64,000 bases of DNA from the human T2T-CHM13v2.0 reference genome, Homo sapiens, in the NCBI RefSeq assembly GCF_009914755.1, contig NC_060929.1. The stretch is one strand, 5' to 3'. Below are positions 26,706-40,694 of this stretch, piece by piece. Position numbers and translations under genes: made by a program. Numbering within the stretch: the first letter of the stretch is position 1; each line of letters starts with the position of its first letter. Below the pieces are notes generated by a model. That model worked only from the letters and a program-made list of their open reading frames with translations, did no database searches and was not told the DNA's origin.

Positions 26706-26928
26706 GCTGCCTCCACTGAAAATTTCTAAGTTCTCAAAGAAAACAATACCATCTCAAAAGCCACTTTCAGAGACAAGAGTATATACAGAGTTGGATTCTA
26801 TTTCTAATATTAGGTAAGGTACAGTGCCAAAAAGACTTTACCCCAGTGAATATAAGTTTACAGGTCTTGGAGTCTGGAAAATTGTCATTCCTGACCAGCA
26901 TCCTAACAAAACTAAAATCAAAAAGTCT

Positions 26929-27145
26929 GGTTGGGTGCGGTGGCTCCCTAGCACCTTGGGAGGCTGAGGAGGGTGGATTGCTTGAGCTCAGGAGTTTGAG
27001 GCCAGCCTGGGCAACATGATAAAACCCCATCTCTACTAAAATGCAAAAAATTATCTGGGCGTGGTGGTGCACACCTGTAATATTAGCTACCCAGGAGGCT
27101 GAGGTGGGAGAATCACTTGAACCTGGGAGGCAGAGGTTGCAGTGA
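26929..27145 (+). mobile_element. Alu, 3'-truncated, no tail
   Basis: Alu sequence stops at 'ggttgcagtga'; short internal deletion near the 5' end. Confidence 0.92.
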
Positions 27146-27459
27146 TGTGGGCTGACCACAGAGTTCTTCTCCAATTCTCCAGATTGTAAGGCTTATATAG
27201 GAAAGCTTCCCACAATGATTGATTTGTCTAATCTCAATTTGTTCAGAATCTATATATTTGGAGATCCCACAGAGATCTCAACCAGAATGAGCAAAGAAGA
27301 CATTCCATTTCAATTTTATAAGGCCTTGTGGAGGAACTGATATCTGTGCCTTGAAGCCTAGAGAATACAAATACTGGGATTTTCAGGTTGAGACAATGGC
27401 GTGAACAAAGGCAGAAAAGAATTGGATGCATACAACCCCAGCAATATGTGATCTGCTTC

Positions 27460-27945
<486 letters not shown>

Positions 27946-28095
27946 TATTCACATACTCAGTGTGTGAAAGGAAACAGGGGGCAGATTGTGGGGACCTACA
28001 ATCTCAGGCTGTGGGTTTCTGATTTTATTGGAAAAATCATGAATTCAAAGTACTTTATGACAAAGGTGGTTAAACTCTGATTTGCATTAACTATT

Positions 28096-29373
28096 TGTGG
28101 TGAGAGACAGGACTAGCCGGATTTCCTAGGCTGACTAAGAATCCCTAAGCCTAGCTGGGAAGGTGACCGCTTCCACCTTTAAACACAGGGCTTGCAACTT
28201 AGCTCACACCGGACCAATCAGGTAGTAAAGAGGGCTCACTAAAATGCTAATTAGTCAAAAACAGGAGGTAAAGAAATAACCAATCATCTATTGCCTGAGA
28301 GCACAGCGGGAGTGACAAGGATGGGGATATAAACCCAGGCATTTGAGCCAGCAATGGCAACCCCCTTTGGGTCCCCTCCCTTTGTATGGGAACTCTGTTT
28401 TCACTCTATTTCACTCTATTAAATCTTGCAACTGCACTCTTCTGGTCCGTGTTTGTTACAGCTCGAGCTGAGCTTTCGCTCGCTGTCCACCACTGCTGCC
28501 GGCCGCAGTCGCAGACCCGCCGCTGACTTCTATCCCTCTGGATCTGGCAGGGTGTCTGCTGTGCTCCTGATCCAGCAAGGCACCCATTGCCACTCCTGAT
28601 TGGGCTAAAGGCTTGCCACAGTTCCTGCACAGCTAAGTGCCCAGGTTCATCCTAATTGAGCTGAACACTAGTCACTGGGTTCCATGGTTCTCTTCTGTGA
28701 CCCATGGCTTCTAATAGAGCTATAACACTCACCACATGGCCCAAGATTCCATTCCTTGGAATCTGTGAGGCCAAGAACCCCAGGGCAGAGAACACGAGGC
28801 TTGCCACCATCTTGGAAGCAGCCACCACCATCTTGGGAGCTCTGGGAGCAAGGACCCCCCAGTAGCAGTGGTAGGCTTATAAAGACCTCTAAAGATATCC
28901 AGGTCTTAATCCCTGGAATTTGTGAATGATACCTTATATGGTAACAGAGTCTTTGTAGTTGTGATTAAATTAAAGATTTTGAGATAAGGGGATTAGCCTG
29001 GATCATTAAGGTGGGCACTAAATGTAATCACAAACATCCTTATAAGACAAAGGCAGGTGGTGAGTTGAGCACAGAAGAGCATGTGATGGAAACAGAGTCA
29101 GAGAGAAGGTGTTACAGCACTGGCTTTAAAGATGGAGGGAACAGCCATGAGCCAATGAATGCAAGGAATGTAGCTCTCCATGCTGAGAAAGGCTAGGAAA
29201 CAAATTCCCCCCAGACTCTCTAAAAGGAGCACAAAGCTGCTCACACCTTGATTTCAACCCAGTGAAACCCATTTGGACTTCTGACTTCTAGAACTGTAGA
29301 AGAATAAAAGTATGTTGTTTTAAGCCACCAAGTCTGTGGTTAATTTGTTACCTTGTAATAGGAAACTAATGCA
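28096..29373 (+). mobile_element. MLT1D MaLR LTR interrupted after its 5th base by LTR17
   Basis: tgtgg at 28096 continues as gtggtaggc at 28868; ends 'ggaaactaatgca'; exact TSD CTATT (28091-28095 and 29374-29378). Confidence 0.88.
28101..28867 (+). mobile_element. LTR17 (HERV-W) complete solo LTR
   Basis: Starts 'tgagagacaggactagc'; CCAAT at 28214 and 28280, GATATAAA at 28326, ATTAAA at 28418; exact 4-bp TSD GTGG. Confidence 0.95.
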
Positions 29374-31390
29374 CTATTAAAATAAAGTTGGCATACAATA
29401 CATTGGATCTCTAAATATAGTAAAGCCAAAAGGAGCAAAGGGGCTGCACTGGAGAGGAAGGAGTGAGATAGAGAAAGAGAGTAGCTAAGGCGCTGAATAT
29501 AGAATAATAATAATAATAAAGCCCTTGAATTCAGAAACAAAAGACAGGAGACTGAAATTCACAAGTAACAGACAGCATCCACAATAGTCACAACTGGAAG
29601 TCTCATAGTAGTGAAGATACAAAAGCCCAGCAGAAAAAAAGGGTGAATGGAAAATACGTGAGAAGTATTCAAACTCAGAGTGAGAAGTTTACATCCAAGG
29701 TTGTGTTAACTGTATTCCTACTGTTTCATTAATTTATTTATACACAGCCTTTTCTCTAAAGATTGAAATGGAAGAAAGTGGCCCAATCTTTTTATTTTCT
29801 TCTCCCTGTTCCTAGACATATAAATGTGAAACAGAAAAATAACACAGAAAGAGAGTGTAGAAAAACCCTTTTTGCTAAAGGTAGTGGAGCCGAACAGTAA
29901 GTCAGAAGGCTTCTTTGTGCAGAACAACTTGGCCCCAAAGGTAAGTACAAGGAATGGACTCACTAGACATAGTGTTGCTGATATAATGAATTGCTTCAAG
30001 AAAAAGGATCAAATATTAAGAGTTCCAAATACAATTCATGCACTCAAAATTAATGAAATAAAACTTTTTTTAAAAAGCAATTTCTGACTTTGGACTCCAC
30101 ATGATAGTGCCAAAGGGACCTCAAATGGAAGCAACCTGACAGGCTGGTACCAAAAATAGAGTAGTTGTTGCCAAGTGCTGCTTCCATGGGATCCTGGACT
30201 TTCACATAGACCTTCTCTTTATATGTCCTTCAACCTTGGAAATCACCATCGCTCTCATGAAGGGGAGATTCCTTTTCCTTCTTTGCTTCTTTTGCAACAG
30301 GAAGGCAATCCAATTAGATGGGATCATCCAAGCACTGTAACTAGACATTTCTCTTAATAGACTAAAAAACCTAAAACATTTGCCATTCTGTCAAACCAGA
30401 ATCAGTTACTTGCATGTGTCACAGTAACAGATTTTAACATATGAGTTTGCCAGTGAAGAAAAAGAGAGAGTAAAATATTACTCTCTATTTTTAATTTATC
30501 AACAATTTGTTTGGTTGGTGAGGGCGAGGCAGTTATATTTCCTTATAAATCATGCTTAGGTGCTTCTATTGAGTGAGGGACATAGCTAAAGGAAATTTGT
30601 TTGGGCAAAGCATTTCCTCTTCCATTTTGCTGAAGTGATACTTTCTGTTAAAGTCAACTTTCTTCAAAAAGACTTCATTGTTTGCCTTGGCTCCTCTGGC
30701 TATAGTGACCATATAACTTCTTGTCAAACTGAGATGTTGGATGTGAAAGGGGGCAATGGGTGTAAACCAAGACTTCCAGATAAACCTGGTTCCCATACGT
30801 ATGACATTTCCTCAATGATCTTGCTGTGTTTATGGCTTGTTTTACGAGTATCATGCACTGTTAATTATCCTTTCAAGTGTAAGTTCTGAGTCAAGCTTTT
30901 TTTTTTTTTTTTTGATTGAAAAGAACTGAAACAACTTAAATAAGGTTAATCTAAAAAACAAAGGGGGAAGGAGATTTATTTAAAGGCTGGAGGCAATCCC
31001 ATGGAATCCAAGAAGAGAGAACACAAGTCTCATGAGACCCTTGCAGAGCCAGAGACAGGGGAAGCATTGGAAACCAAGGGCATTCACCAGTGTGTGGTCT
31101 GTGTATTCTCTCTACTTCTCTGCTTGAGTCTTTTCTTTCTCTGAAACCACAAATGAGGGAATTTGTGAGAAACTGTGGAGTGCAAAACTTCTGGGTACAC
31201 AATAGTGCTTCCTTAGGAGATGTTTCATGCAGACGGCCATGTGGTATCCTAACTCTTCAACCCTTCATAGTCACTTATGAAAGAGGCTTGTGTTTTTATT
31301 ACTGACTTCTGTTTTAATATAGAGTTTCTTAACCAAATTTCTTTTTTCCAGGGGGGCATTTGGAAATGTGTATGAGGTGGGAGGAAGAGA

Positions 31391-32150
31391 CATCACAGAG
31401 ACATACTTTTAGGGGCCTGTGGGCCCCCAAGCATGGAAATAAAGAAAAGTCTTGGATTTCTTCAAGGGAAATTCCTGGCACATAGCAATCTTTGAGAAGC
31501 AAATAAGCAACTCAATAAACAAGAAAGTAATAGAGCTTAAAACAATAACCAAGGAAGTTAGAGTAAGGAGATGTTTGGTTCCCCTATGGAAACTAAAGGT
31601 AACATCTTAACATATGTCTCTGAGTTGTTTTTCAGAAACCCAGACCCCCACCAAACAAATCGGCTGGCATGTAGACCTCAGGTAACAGGGAACTAAAGAC
31701 TAAGCTCTGACCATCATTCTTGGTTCTAAATTTCTTGCTGAGGGGCCTGGAGGGAATCACCCCCTGAGCTGGTTAACTTTCTATTCTGCGGACCCCAAAT
31801 TTTTAAACAAAGCTTCTCTTCTTTAACCAATTGCAAATTAGAAAATCTTTGAATCTACCTATGACTTGTAAACCCCTGCTTCAAAGTATCTTGCCATTCT
31901 ATGCCAAAACCAATGCATAACCTCCATGTATTGATTTACAATTTTGCCTGTTACTTCTACTTTCTTGAAATTTATCTCTGCCTTTAAAAAGCCTTACCTG
32001 AAAGCCACTGGGGAGGTCAGGATTTGAGCACTGGCTTCCTGGTCCTCCTTGCTTGGTGCCCTGCAATCAAGTGCCTTCCTTTCTGTCACTGCAAATGTGG
32101 AGACCTGGTTCTACAGCACTGGGGCAAGCGAGCCTCAGTTCGGTTCTATA
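31391..32150 (+). mobile_element. ERV1-class solo LTR (MER4-group, subfamily unassigned)
   Basis: 'tttaaccaattgcaaattagaaaatctttgaatctacctatgact', 'aaaccaatgcataacctccatgtattgattta', 'tgcttggtgccctgcaatcaa'. Confidence 0.75.
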
Positions 32151-34282
32151 ATGGGGACAGACATGCTAGTCATTCTTCATTGCAAGGGACAACCCTATAC
32201 AATGAATTGCCCAATCCCACCCTTCACTCCCAATGCCAGTAGGGTTCTCACTGAGAGATGCTTAGACACAGCATGCCACCTGCAGGAGCCTAGGTGGCTA
32301 ATTGAAATTTTTAAGTCACTGGATTGAAATGAAGCATAGTGCTCTGGTGTTCAGATTCTATAATCAGGGTGTGATGACAGAGAAGTACCTGGTCCTGGAT
32401 GGGAAAATAAAAACTATATCAGAAGAGTGATTTCTGCTTTTGTGTGCCTTCATACACTAGCTAAGCCAGACGTCAATAAGAAACATTTGTGGTTCTGGCC
32501 ACACTGACTGTAAGCCACGGTAACAAAACCTGGCATAATAATGCTGAAATAGACATCACTTACACACACTCGGGACATGCTGACCTTCTTCATAAAGCAA
32601 ATGTTAAAACTCCCCAGACTAAGGTGAGTGCCCTGTGTATGCTGACAAGGCGCTGGGTGTTAAAAATAACCTATTTTGATCCCTGGGATAGTTCAACCAA
32701 TCTTATCAAAGGATTTTTCAAATGTCAGACTCTTTCATCACCCGATTTTCATTGACTCCCTGACCTGCTATTTCCCACACTGATTTTTAGGGGCTATTTG
32801 GACTATAAACCACAAAGCATTGAACTCCAAAATATAGACAGCTGAACTGGCTCTGTTCGGGAGTCTGTAATTATTTCCAAGATGAGATTTTGGGCTTTTC
32901 ATGTCATAGATCCTTGACCTGGGGAGCTACTAAGCTAGAGCCCAAATGGGAACTTGAAGCCCCACTCTTAGCATTTCTCCCCTACCCCTAGGCACACCAC
33001 TGCCTTCCTCTCCTTTGTTATGGATGGATGGGTGGGTGGAAACTTGGCTCGCCACCCCACCCTCCCTCCCTCATTCCCAGCTGATCCCTTGGAGAATAGT
33101 TCAAGCTGTTCATATCTAGTATCAGGAGACAAGGAGTAGGTTTACATTGACATCTTCCAGTGTTATCTGATAGCTTTCCTGAATGATGGAGGAACAAGAA
33201 ATCCTAAAGTGCAAAAATAAAACTCATCAGCATCATCAAACTTCACAGCAGAATAGCCTCTCATCCCTCTTCATTATTAATGAAGTCAAAAGAGAGTCTG
33301 GAGCTTTGATCCAGGAAACATCAAGGGTAAATGTGGTAAACCAGCCTTGCCTCTCAGGCTCAGGGTTGACGTCTTTCATGGCAAGCAGCTCATTGCTGAG
33401 CATCTGGCCTGTGAGCCAGGTGCATGTAGGTTTGCTGTGCATGCAGGTAGAGACTGGGCACCGGCCTGGCATAAAAGGATGGCAGGTCACTGGCACACTT
33501 TTCCTGGCAGAATTTAAGGCAAGAAAACAGATCTGGACTATCATAGAATTTTCTGGAATGTAATTGTTAATGTCTTACTCCTTCCAACCAGATGAGCACT
33601 TTTATTTTCCTGGAACACTGAATTCAACTGTGTTTATCTTTATCCTCAAGAACTCTGTCATTTGACAGCAACTGCTGTTAAATTTACTCAGTTTATTGAA
33701 CAGTTGGGATCTTTTGGCCTGTTTATAGATGTGATTATTGAGAATAAAGAGCATGGTGGGTATTCAAATTTATTTCAGCTGAAGTCGTGTCTTGTTTTTA
33801 GCTTTTCATTCTTTTACTCTGAGTCAGACATCAGTAAAGTTTTTTTTTTCTTGCTTCAATTCAAAATGTCTAATGTTAAAAGAACAATGTGTGACGTGTC
33901 AAGTCCATAAAAGGAAATCTGGTGGTGGCTGCTGAACTGGCTCATTATGTGATAGCTAGCACTAGAGTTAAAGCTAGACCACTTCTCCAAGATATAAACA
34001 TACATTTATATGCATAGACTTGTTCTGAACATGTCATCCCTAGCCAGAGATGACCCTCCCAGGCCCTCCCTGTGGATCCTATGTCTTCCCTGCCCTGATG
34101 ATGGGCTGGTTGAGTGCACCCTTTCCTTTACCCTGCTCTGCTGCCTTTGCTCCCATGATAAAAAGGTAAAGGGTCCAGAAGTGGAATCCTGAAGGACAGA
34201 ATCCAGAAAATCACTTTATTTATTTATTTTTTATTTATTTTTGTTTTTTCCACTGGGTGATATTTTTAATTTTACTACATAA

Positions 34283-34630
34283 ACTCATATATCACTTAAC
34301 AATATGGATACATTCTGAGAAATGCAATGTTAGGCAATTTCATCATTGTGTGAACATCATAGAGTGCACCCACACAAACCTATACGGTGTAGCCTACTAC
34401 ACACAGAGGCTACATGGTCTAAACTATTGCTCCTAAGCCAAAAACCTATACAACATGTTACTGTACTGAACACTGCAGGCAGTTGTAACCCAGTGGTAAG
34501 TATTTGTGTATCTAAATACATCTTAAGGTAGAAAAGATACAGTAAAAATATTGTATTATAATCTTTTATCATACCATCATATGTACAGCCCATTTTTGAC
34601 CAAAATGTCATTATGCAGTAAATGACTATA
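34283..34630 (+). mobile_element. Tigger3a (Golem) DNA transposon
   Basis: 'tacattctgagaaatgc...tagcctactacac...tgaccaaaatgtcattatgcag..atgacta'. Confidence 0.9.
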
Positions 34631-35878
34631 TATGCTTCCAGTCTCAGGGGAGGTCCACAATCTAAGTTAGTTCTGTGAATTGCCCTTTAAAACCAGGAGA
34701 TCACTTTAAAGGAGTCCAGGGAATCAGCTAGGAGACAATTATTGAAAATCAGTTTTTACCTATTTTGCTGTTTTATCACAAAATATTTTCCTGCCACCCA
34801 TTTTGCCACCTTTTTAAAGATTTTGGGGAAAACCGTTTTTCAAGACTTTTTTGTTGGATTTTTCTTTTGAGACAAACGATAATGAGAGAGCAAAAAGGCT
34901 CAGATTGACTTCAATTTTGTCTACATCTTAGCACAAACTGTGAGAGCTGAGTAAAAGCAAGGTTTTGCTGAAGACAGGCAGAGGGTTCTAGAAGGAGGTG
35001 TGTGTGGCAAGGCACCCTGACACACTTTGCCTCACCACAGTTCTACCCTGGGCTAGCCCCCCTGATGTCCTTGTTGTTGGCCCTCTCAGTGTTCTTCCTG
35101 CGTCAAAGGAGTACCCGGGCAGCTGCCACCAGGGAGTGGAGCAGTGGCAGCTGGGACTAGGCGGAAGTCCAACTGCTTCTGGCTGCCAATACTCCAGGCC
35201 CTGCCCGCCTACGAGGAAGTCAAGGGCAGACCCTCTCCATTTCCTCCCCAGCCCCACCGATGTCCCAGGGATGACCTTGTGGAATGGTCCCCCGGCAGAA
35301 ACACATTGATGTCAAATCCTCCCTTGAAGTCCACCTCAGGCCATACATTCCATGAGACTCTTCCAGGCCAAACCCGTGAGGTGTGGACAGAGGAAACTTA
35401 AGCAGAGGAAGTTGGCACTCAATTGCAAATCTGGCTGCCTGCGAGGAGATTTATAACCAGAGAATTCACTGCCTTTGTGGTGCTTTTAGAAAACAGTCCC
35501 TGGCTTGACTGAGGGAGAGAAACTTTTGTGGAAAATGCCTGTCGTTCATGTTCCTGGCAGATCTGCAAGTATTTCTACGGCGCAAATGTAGCTCTGATTG
35601 CTCACTCAACAAACACGGACGGAACCTTTGTCAGGACGCTGGCTGCAGTGTGTGCCAGTTGGCAGATAGGGCTCAGAAAAACAGCAAGAGGTAATTCTCC
35701 CTTCTGAGCAGCAGAGGAGTGAGGACATGGGCTGGCTCCAACACCTTCTAATCCCAACCCAACGATGCACCACCCCCACTCCCCGCCCACCTTAAGGATG
35801 AAATTATTTCCCTCTTATCTATCACACCATAATGATATCCCTCATACCTGGGAAGCGTTAAGCTAAATTGATTCCAAA

Positions 35879-36519
35879 TGTTGTGTGTTGAATCCTATCC
35901 CCCAAAGATACGTGCTTCTTTTCTGTTTTGTTTTTTTTAATATTGAAGTTCACATTTTTTTTTATGGAGATGGGGTCCTCTTATGTTGCCCAGGTTGGAC
36001 TCAAACTCCTGGCTTCAAGCAACTCTCCCATCTCAGCCTCCAAAAGTGCTGGGATTACAGATGTGAGCCACTGAGCCTGCCCAAACAAAGACCAGGATTT
36101 CAAAATGTGACCTTGTATTTGGAAATATGGTTGTTTCAGATGTAATTAGTTAAGACGAGGTCATCCTGGAGTAGAATGGGCCATTAATCTAATATGACTG
36201 AGTGTCCTTATAAGAGAGAAAAATATCCTGGGAAGACATAAAGACACAGAGGGGAAAATGGCCATGTGTTAGGTGAAGGCAGAGATTGGAGTGATGCATC
36301 TACAAACCAACGAATGCCAGGAGGGCCAAGAACTGCTAAAAGCTAGAAAGAAGTAAGGAGGTATTCTCCTCTAGAACCTCCGAGAGAGCACGGTCCTGCC
36401 AACACCTTGGCTGCCAACACACTTCTCGACTTCAGAACTCAGAGAGAATAAATTTAGGTTGTTTTAAGCCACCCAGGTTTTTGTACTTTGTTACGGCAGC
36501 CCTAAGAAATTAATTTACC
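35879..36519 (+). mobile_element. MLT1B/C LTR with an inserted Alu monomer
   Basis: 'aatgtgaccttgtatttggaaata...gtaattagttaagacgaggtcat...ttgttacggcagccctaagaaa'. Confidence 0.88.
35955..36082 (-). mobile_element. FLAM / Alu left monomer
   Basis: 'gagatggggtc..tatgttgcccagg...caaaagtgctgggattacagatgtgagcc'. Confidence 0.85.
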
Positions 36520-36631
36520 AACCAACAATGGCTTGATCATTGTCACCCTAAGCTGGCAAAAGTGCAGAAGAGAACTGGTAGCAATCCCAGTTAAATTTCC
36601 CATCAGGAGCACCCAGCAAACAACATGTACC

Positions 36632-36657
36632 AAAAAAAAAAAAAAAAAAAAAAAAAA
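36632..36657. repeat. Poly-A (A26)
   Basis: 26 consecutive A with no adjacent SINE or LINE body recognised. Confidence 0.9.
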
Positions 36658-37654
36658 GCTTTTTGGTTTTCTAGCTAAGTAGGCTTCTTCTTCACTGGGC
36701 CTTAGGGGATTTGTAATCCTTTTTTCCTCTCAAACAGACTAAAAGTATTCATAGTTGTCACCTAGTCCAGTAACAAATGTACAGTAACAAATGTAGTAAC
36801 TCCTTGAGCCTTTTCCCTGTGATTTAGACTTGTTGGACAAGAAAACAGTCCTTGGGGGTAAAAACTCAATAATCTCTATTTGGTTTCAAAAGGAGAATTT
36901 CTAATCATCCCAAAGAAAAAAACCTGGTTAGGCTTAAGGGCCTGGGAAACTCACCACATCACCCTTGGGCTTTATTCATCCACTTCTCGTTAAAGTTTGG
37001 GGCTGAATCAACATAACCTTAGCTTTTAGTCACTTCAGTGAACTACCAAAGAGACCTTGAGTTGTCTACAAAGAACGTCGAGTTGGCATCACTTTGGAGA
37101 TTAAATGAAGGGGAAAATTGACTGAAGAGGGTGGCAGGGTAGAGACTGTGTAATCTAGGCATGATGAAGTCGCTACTTAAGCCAGGACAGGATGACAAAG
37201 TTTAAGGGAACAGAGCCGTTTGCAGAGAAACAACTCTACCATAAGGAGAAAAAGGCTCTAAACATTGTGGCAAAATTCTGGATTTGGCAAGGGAATATTT
37301 AAGGGAATTTGCCTTGTCTCATTCAGAGAAGAGAGAGTTTGTTTGATTGATTTAAAAACATCTAGATACCAAGAAATATTCCAGGCATCTTATAAAATTA
37401 AACATTATGTAAAAATGGGACAACTAAGGTTAAAGAACAGAAAAGAGATTATATAAAAGAGACAAAGGAGTAGGTGCTACCAGGCTCCTGCATAAAAGGA
37501 ACTGTTACAACTGGAAACGAAAGCAAAAAAAGAAGTCATCATTAGTTTTCACTGTATACACATACAAACTCATTTAAAGACAAACTTTTTCCTGAAAGTG
37601 AGCTATGGAAGTTTTTATCACATTAATCTATGAAGATTCCTTATGAAAATACGG

Positions 37655-37775
37655 TTTTATATATATACACACACACATACATATATACACACATACAGAC
37701 ATATATATTTCTCTAGGTGTATATGTAAGTTTACATACATATGTATATATATGCACATATAAACACATATATAAA
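37655..37775. repeat. TA/CA-rich low-complexity tract
   Basis: Mixed (TA)n and (CA)n runs. Confidence 0.85.
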
Positions 37776-37880
37776 ATTTTACTACAACTTACTGTGCTGA
37801 AATGAGATTCAGTTTAAAGTTCATGAATGGATTCCCTGATTTCTGTGATTGTTATCCTATCCTTAAGAAACACAAGGCAG

Positions 37881-38189
37881 GGCTGGGCACAGTGGCTCAT
37901 GTCTGTAATTCCAATACATTGAGAAGCCGAGGTGGGCAGATTGCTTGAGCTCAGGAGTTCAAGACCAGCCTGGGCAAGAGAATGAGATCCCATCTCTACA
38001 AAAAATACCAAAACAAATTATCCAGGCGTAGTGGCATGCATCTGTGGTCCCAGCTACTCAGGAGGCTGAGGTAGGAGGCTGACCTGAGCCCTGGAGATGG
38101 AGGCTGCAGTGATGCAGTGAGAAGATCACTCCACTGCCCTCCATCCTGGGTGACAGAGCCAGACTTTGTCTCAAAAAAAAAGAAAAGAA
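37881..38189 (+). mobile_element. AluJ
   Basis: 'ttgcttgagctcaggagttcaagacc', 'ctgtggtcccagc'; exact 15-bp TSD aagaaacacaaggca. Confidence 0.95.
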
Positions 38190-39096
38190 AAGAAACACAA
38201 GGCATGTGATAAGGAGCCAGATAAAACATAGGCATGATTTTACTGGCAAATATATTCTCCCTTACCCATTCTCAAGTGTTTGAGCCAGAGAAGCAGCTAT
38301 GGGTGGTAATTGAAAGACAATCAGTCCTATGGTCTTACACAGCAAGAAACAAAGATGATACCTTTAATCCTCCTGGGGTGTAATTATCCCATGAAAACCC
38401 CAGCCAAGTAGGGAAGTCTCCTTGCTATTATTAGATTTCTTTCAGTTTAGGATGTAAGTACATGCAGAAAGTCATTCACTGAAAATTACTGGTTTCCCTA
38501 TCAGTATGTTTGAAATCTGAGCTCGGTGGTGATTAATTTGGTCCTTGAGCTAGGTGAAGCTCCACTTTGGCTCTCCCTTAGTGCAAAGCCTGATTCTGAA
38601 TGAACTGGCACACGGCCCCTTATTCTACTTTTGTGTGTGTTCCCAGAAAACAGCAGGACTGTTCTTTTGGACTGCTGAGAGTTCTCTGAGTTCAAGACTT
38701 TGTTCCACTGACTATTTTTTCCTTCAGCAATTTCAAAGGTTCTCAGTGAAATTTGTTTTTTAATGTCATAACCATTGTGAATGCTGTCCAATTACCTGGT
38801 CAAAAGAAAGCCCTCTCATCACGCCACTCGATTTCACATGTTTCCCCCCAGGCTCTGTGGGATGTTGTCACATTTCCCAGAATGTTTGAGCAATGGGCAA
38901 AAATGACTAACCTGCAGGTCCAAAAGGATGAATAAAATTAAAAGTGAGAGTTATATATGTAAATGAAATATGTAGAGCAGTATTAATTCTCTTTATCACT
39001 CTCTCCACACATGCACACACATATTTACTGGCCAGAAATATAGAAAACTTTCACTTTATCCGAGTAACCAACTACAAAATAAAATGGGAAAAGACC

Positions 39097-39557
39097 TGCA
39101 AACTGAAAAGTATCTGAGACAGATCTCCATCAATTTACAAGGTTATTTTGCCACGATTAAGGTTATGCCCAGAGGAAAAAAAATGTGGAATCAAAGAAAC
39201 AGTCTGTGGTCTGTGCCTTTCTCCAAAGAAACTTATGAGGGCTTCAGTATTTAAAGGGAAAACACAGGCTTCAGGGGAAAGAGGAAGGGCAGGGTCAACC
39301 ACGTGCTGCAAAGCAAAAGGAGCAGGCAGGGGAATAGTCGATTATGTATTTGTCTTGCGCCCAGTAAATCGGCACTTCACATAAGATAAGGTGAACATAG
39401 AGTAGCTACCTGTGGAAATATTTAACTCTTTCTCCGGAGCTATCTGCTTAGAGACAAAAGGAAATGCAGTTTCTTGCATGATTCAACTTTCAATTTATTA
39501 TTTTTTTTCCTTTTGCCATAGTAAACTGGGGTTCTGAATTTTCATTTCCCTTTCACA
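39097..39557 (-). mobile_element. MER4-group (MER4C-like) ERV1 solo LTR
   Basis: Minus strand starts 'tgtgaaagggaaatgaaaattcagaacccc'; plus strand carries 'aaaagtatctgagacag'. Confidence 0.8.
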
Positions 39558-39584
39558 GATCTATTCCATATTCAGTGAACAATG

Positions 39585-39775
39585 TTAACATTTGTTGGAC
39601 ACCTCTATAAGCCAGGCATTGGAGACACTTTATGCAAAATACCTATGGCATCCTAAGTAACTCTGCTAGGCAACCAATGAGGAAAGGGAGGCTTTGCAAG
39701 GTTAAGTAACTCCCCCAAGACTGTGAACCTACAAAACTAAAGCAAAAATGTGAACTTGCATCTGTATCATTTCAC
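39585..39775 (-). mobile_element. MIR fragment
   Basis: 'atgaggaaagggaggctttgcaaggttaagtaactcccccaag'. Confidence 0.65.
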
Positions 39776-40694
39776 AGTTATTCTTTTATTCTCTTTCTAT
39801 TTCACCATGGATATTGCCAGCAACGGGTTAAATAGAAAGTAACTCACTTCTATGATACATGTGTGTTAGTCAGTAAATTGATGATGTTCACTCCAGCCAC
39901 TTCAGAATTACCTATTACATAATCATTATTGAGTCTTTTGTTCTCCTTTGCACAAGTCAAATGAAACTTACTAAATTCTTAACCCAAGTCAGTGCTTTTG
40001 GGTAAATAGTCTTCTGACTGGTGAGCCAGCTTCTTCCTCTTCTTTCTTTTTTCGTCAGAGCATGGCAGCAGCCTTAGTGCTTGCTCTACTACCAATCCCT
40101 CTGTTTTCCCTGGCTTTGTAAATGAAGATTTGGATAATTTATCAGCCCACAGAATGCTCAGCCTTGGAAAACCTTGCACCTTCATCCTCCCAATATTAGC
40201 TGTTTGTGTACCTGAACAATGGGAATTTCTCAATGACCAGCTCAGGGACCAGAAGGGAAAACAGTAGCCAAACTGACCTATGACATCAGAGGCAAACTCT
40301 GCTTCATTTTGGTGGCTTCATGAAACTATTGAGAAAATTGCCCTCCAATTTTGCCAACACCTAGAAACTCACCTACATGTAATTATCACTCCCTCACACT
40401 GCTCTCCTGTGAACTCCCATATTACCATAACCTCCCCAATCTTTCTTTCCTTCTTTCTTGTTTTTCCTTCCTTTCTTTTTACCTCCCTCTTCTTGTTTTC
40501 TCATGAACCTCAGATGCAGATAATTGTCTTAAGCCTAGGTCTCAGATTATGATACACTACTAGGAATCACACAGAAACTCTTTTTTATTTTGCGTGTTAT
40601 TCTTCCTCTGCTATCCTGGTGCCCACTCTCATTCCTTCCTCCTTAGGCCCCCACCCTAATGTGTTTGATATGTGTTCCTTGAATATGCATGTTT

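Noticed and set aside
33183-33563. Overlapping 126-aa and 102-aa ORFs
   Set aside because: No recognisable protein similarity and no splice context
36632-36657. A26 as the tail of a processed pseudogene
   Set aside because: No upstream poly(A) signal, recognisable body or TSD
36768-36800. 14-bp tandem duplication CAGTAACAAATGTA
   Set aside because: Real but an ordinary slippage product with no further signal
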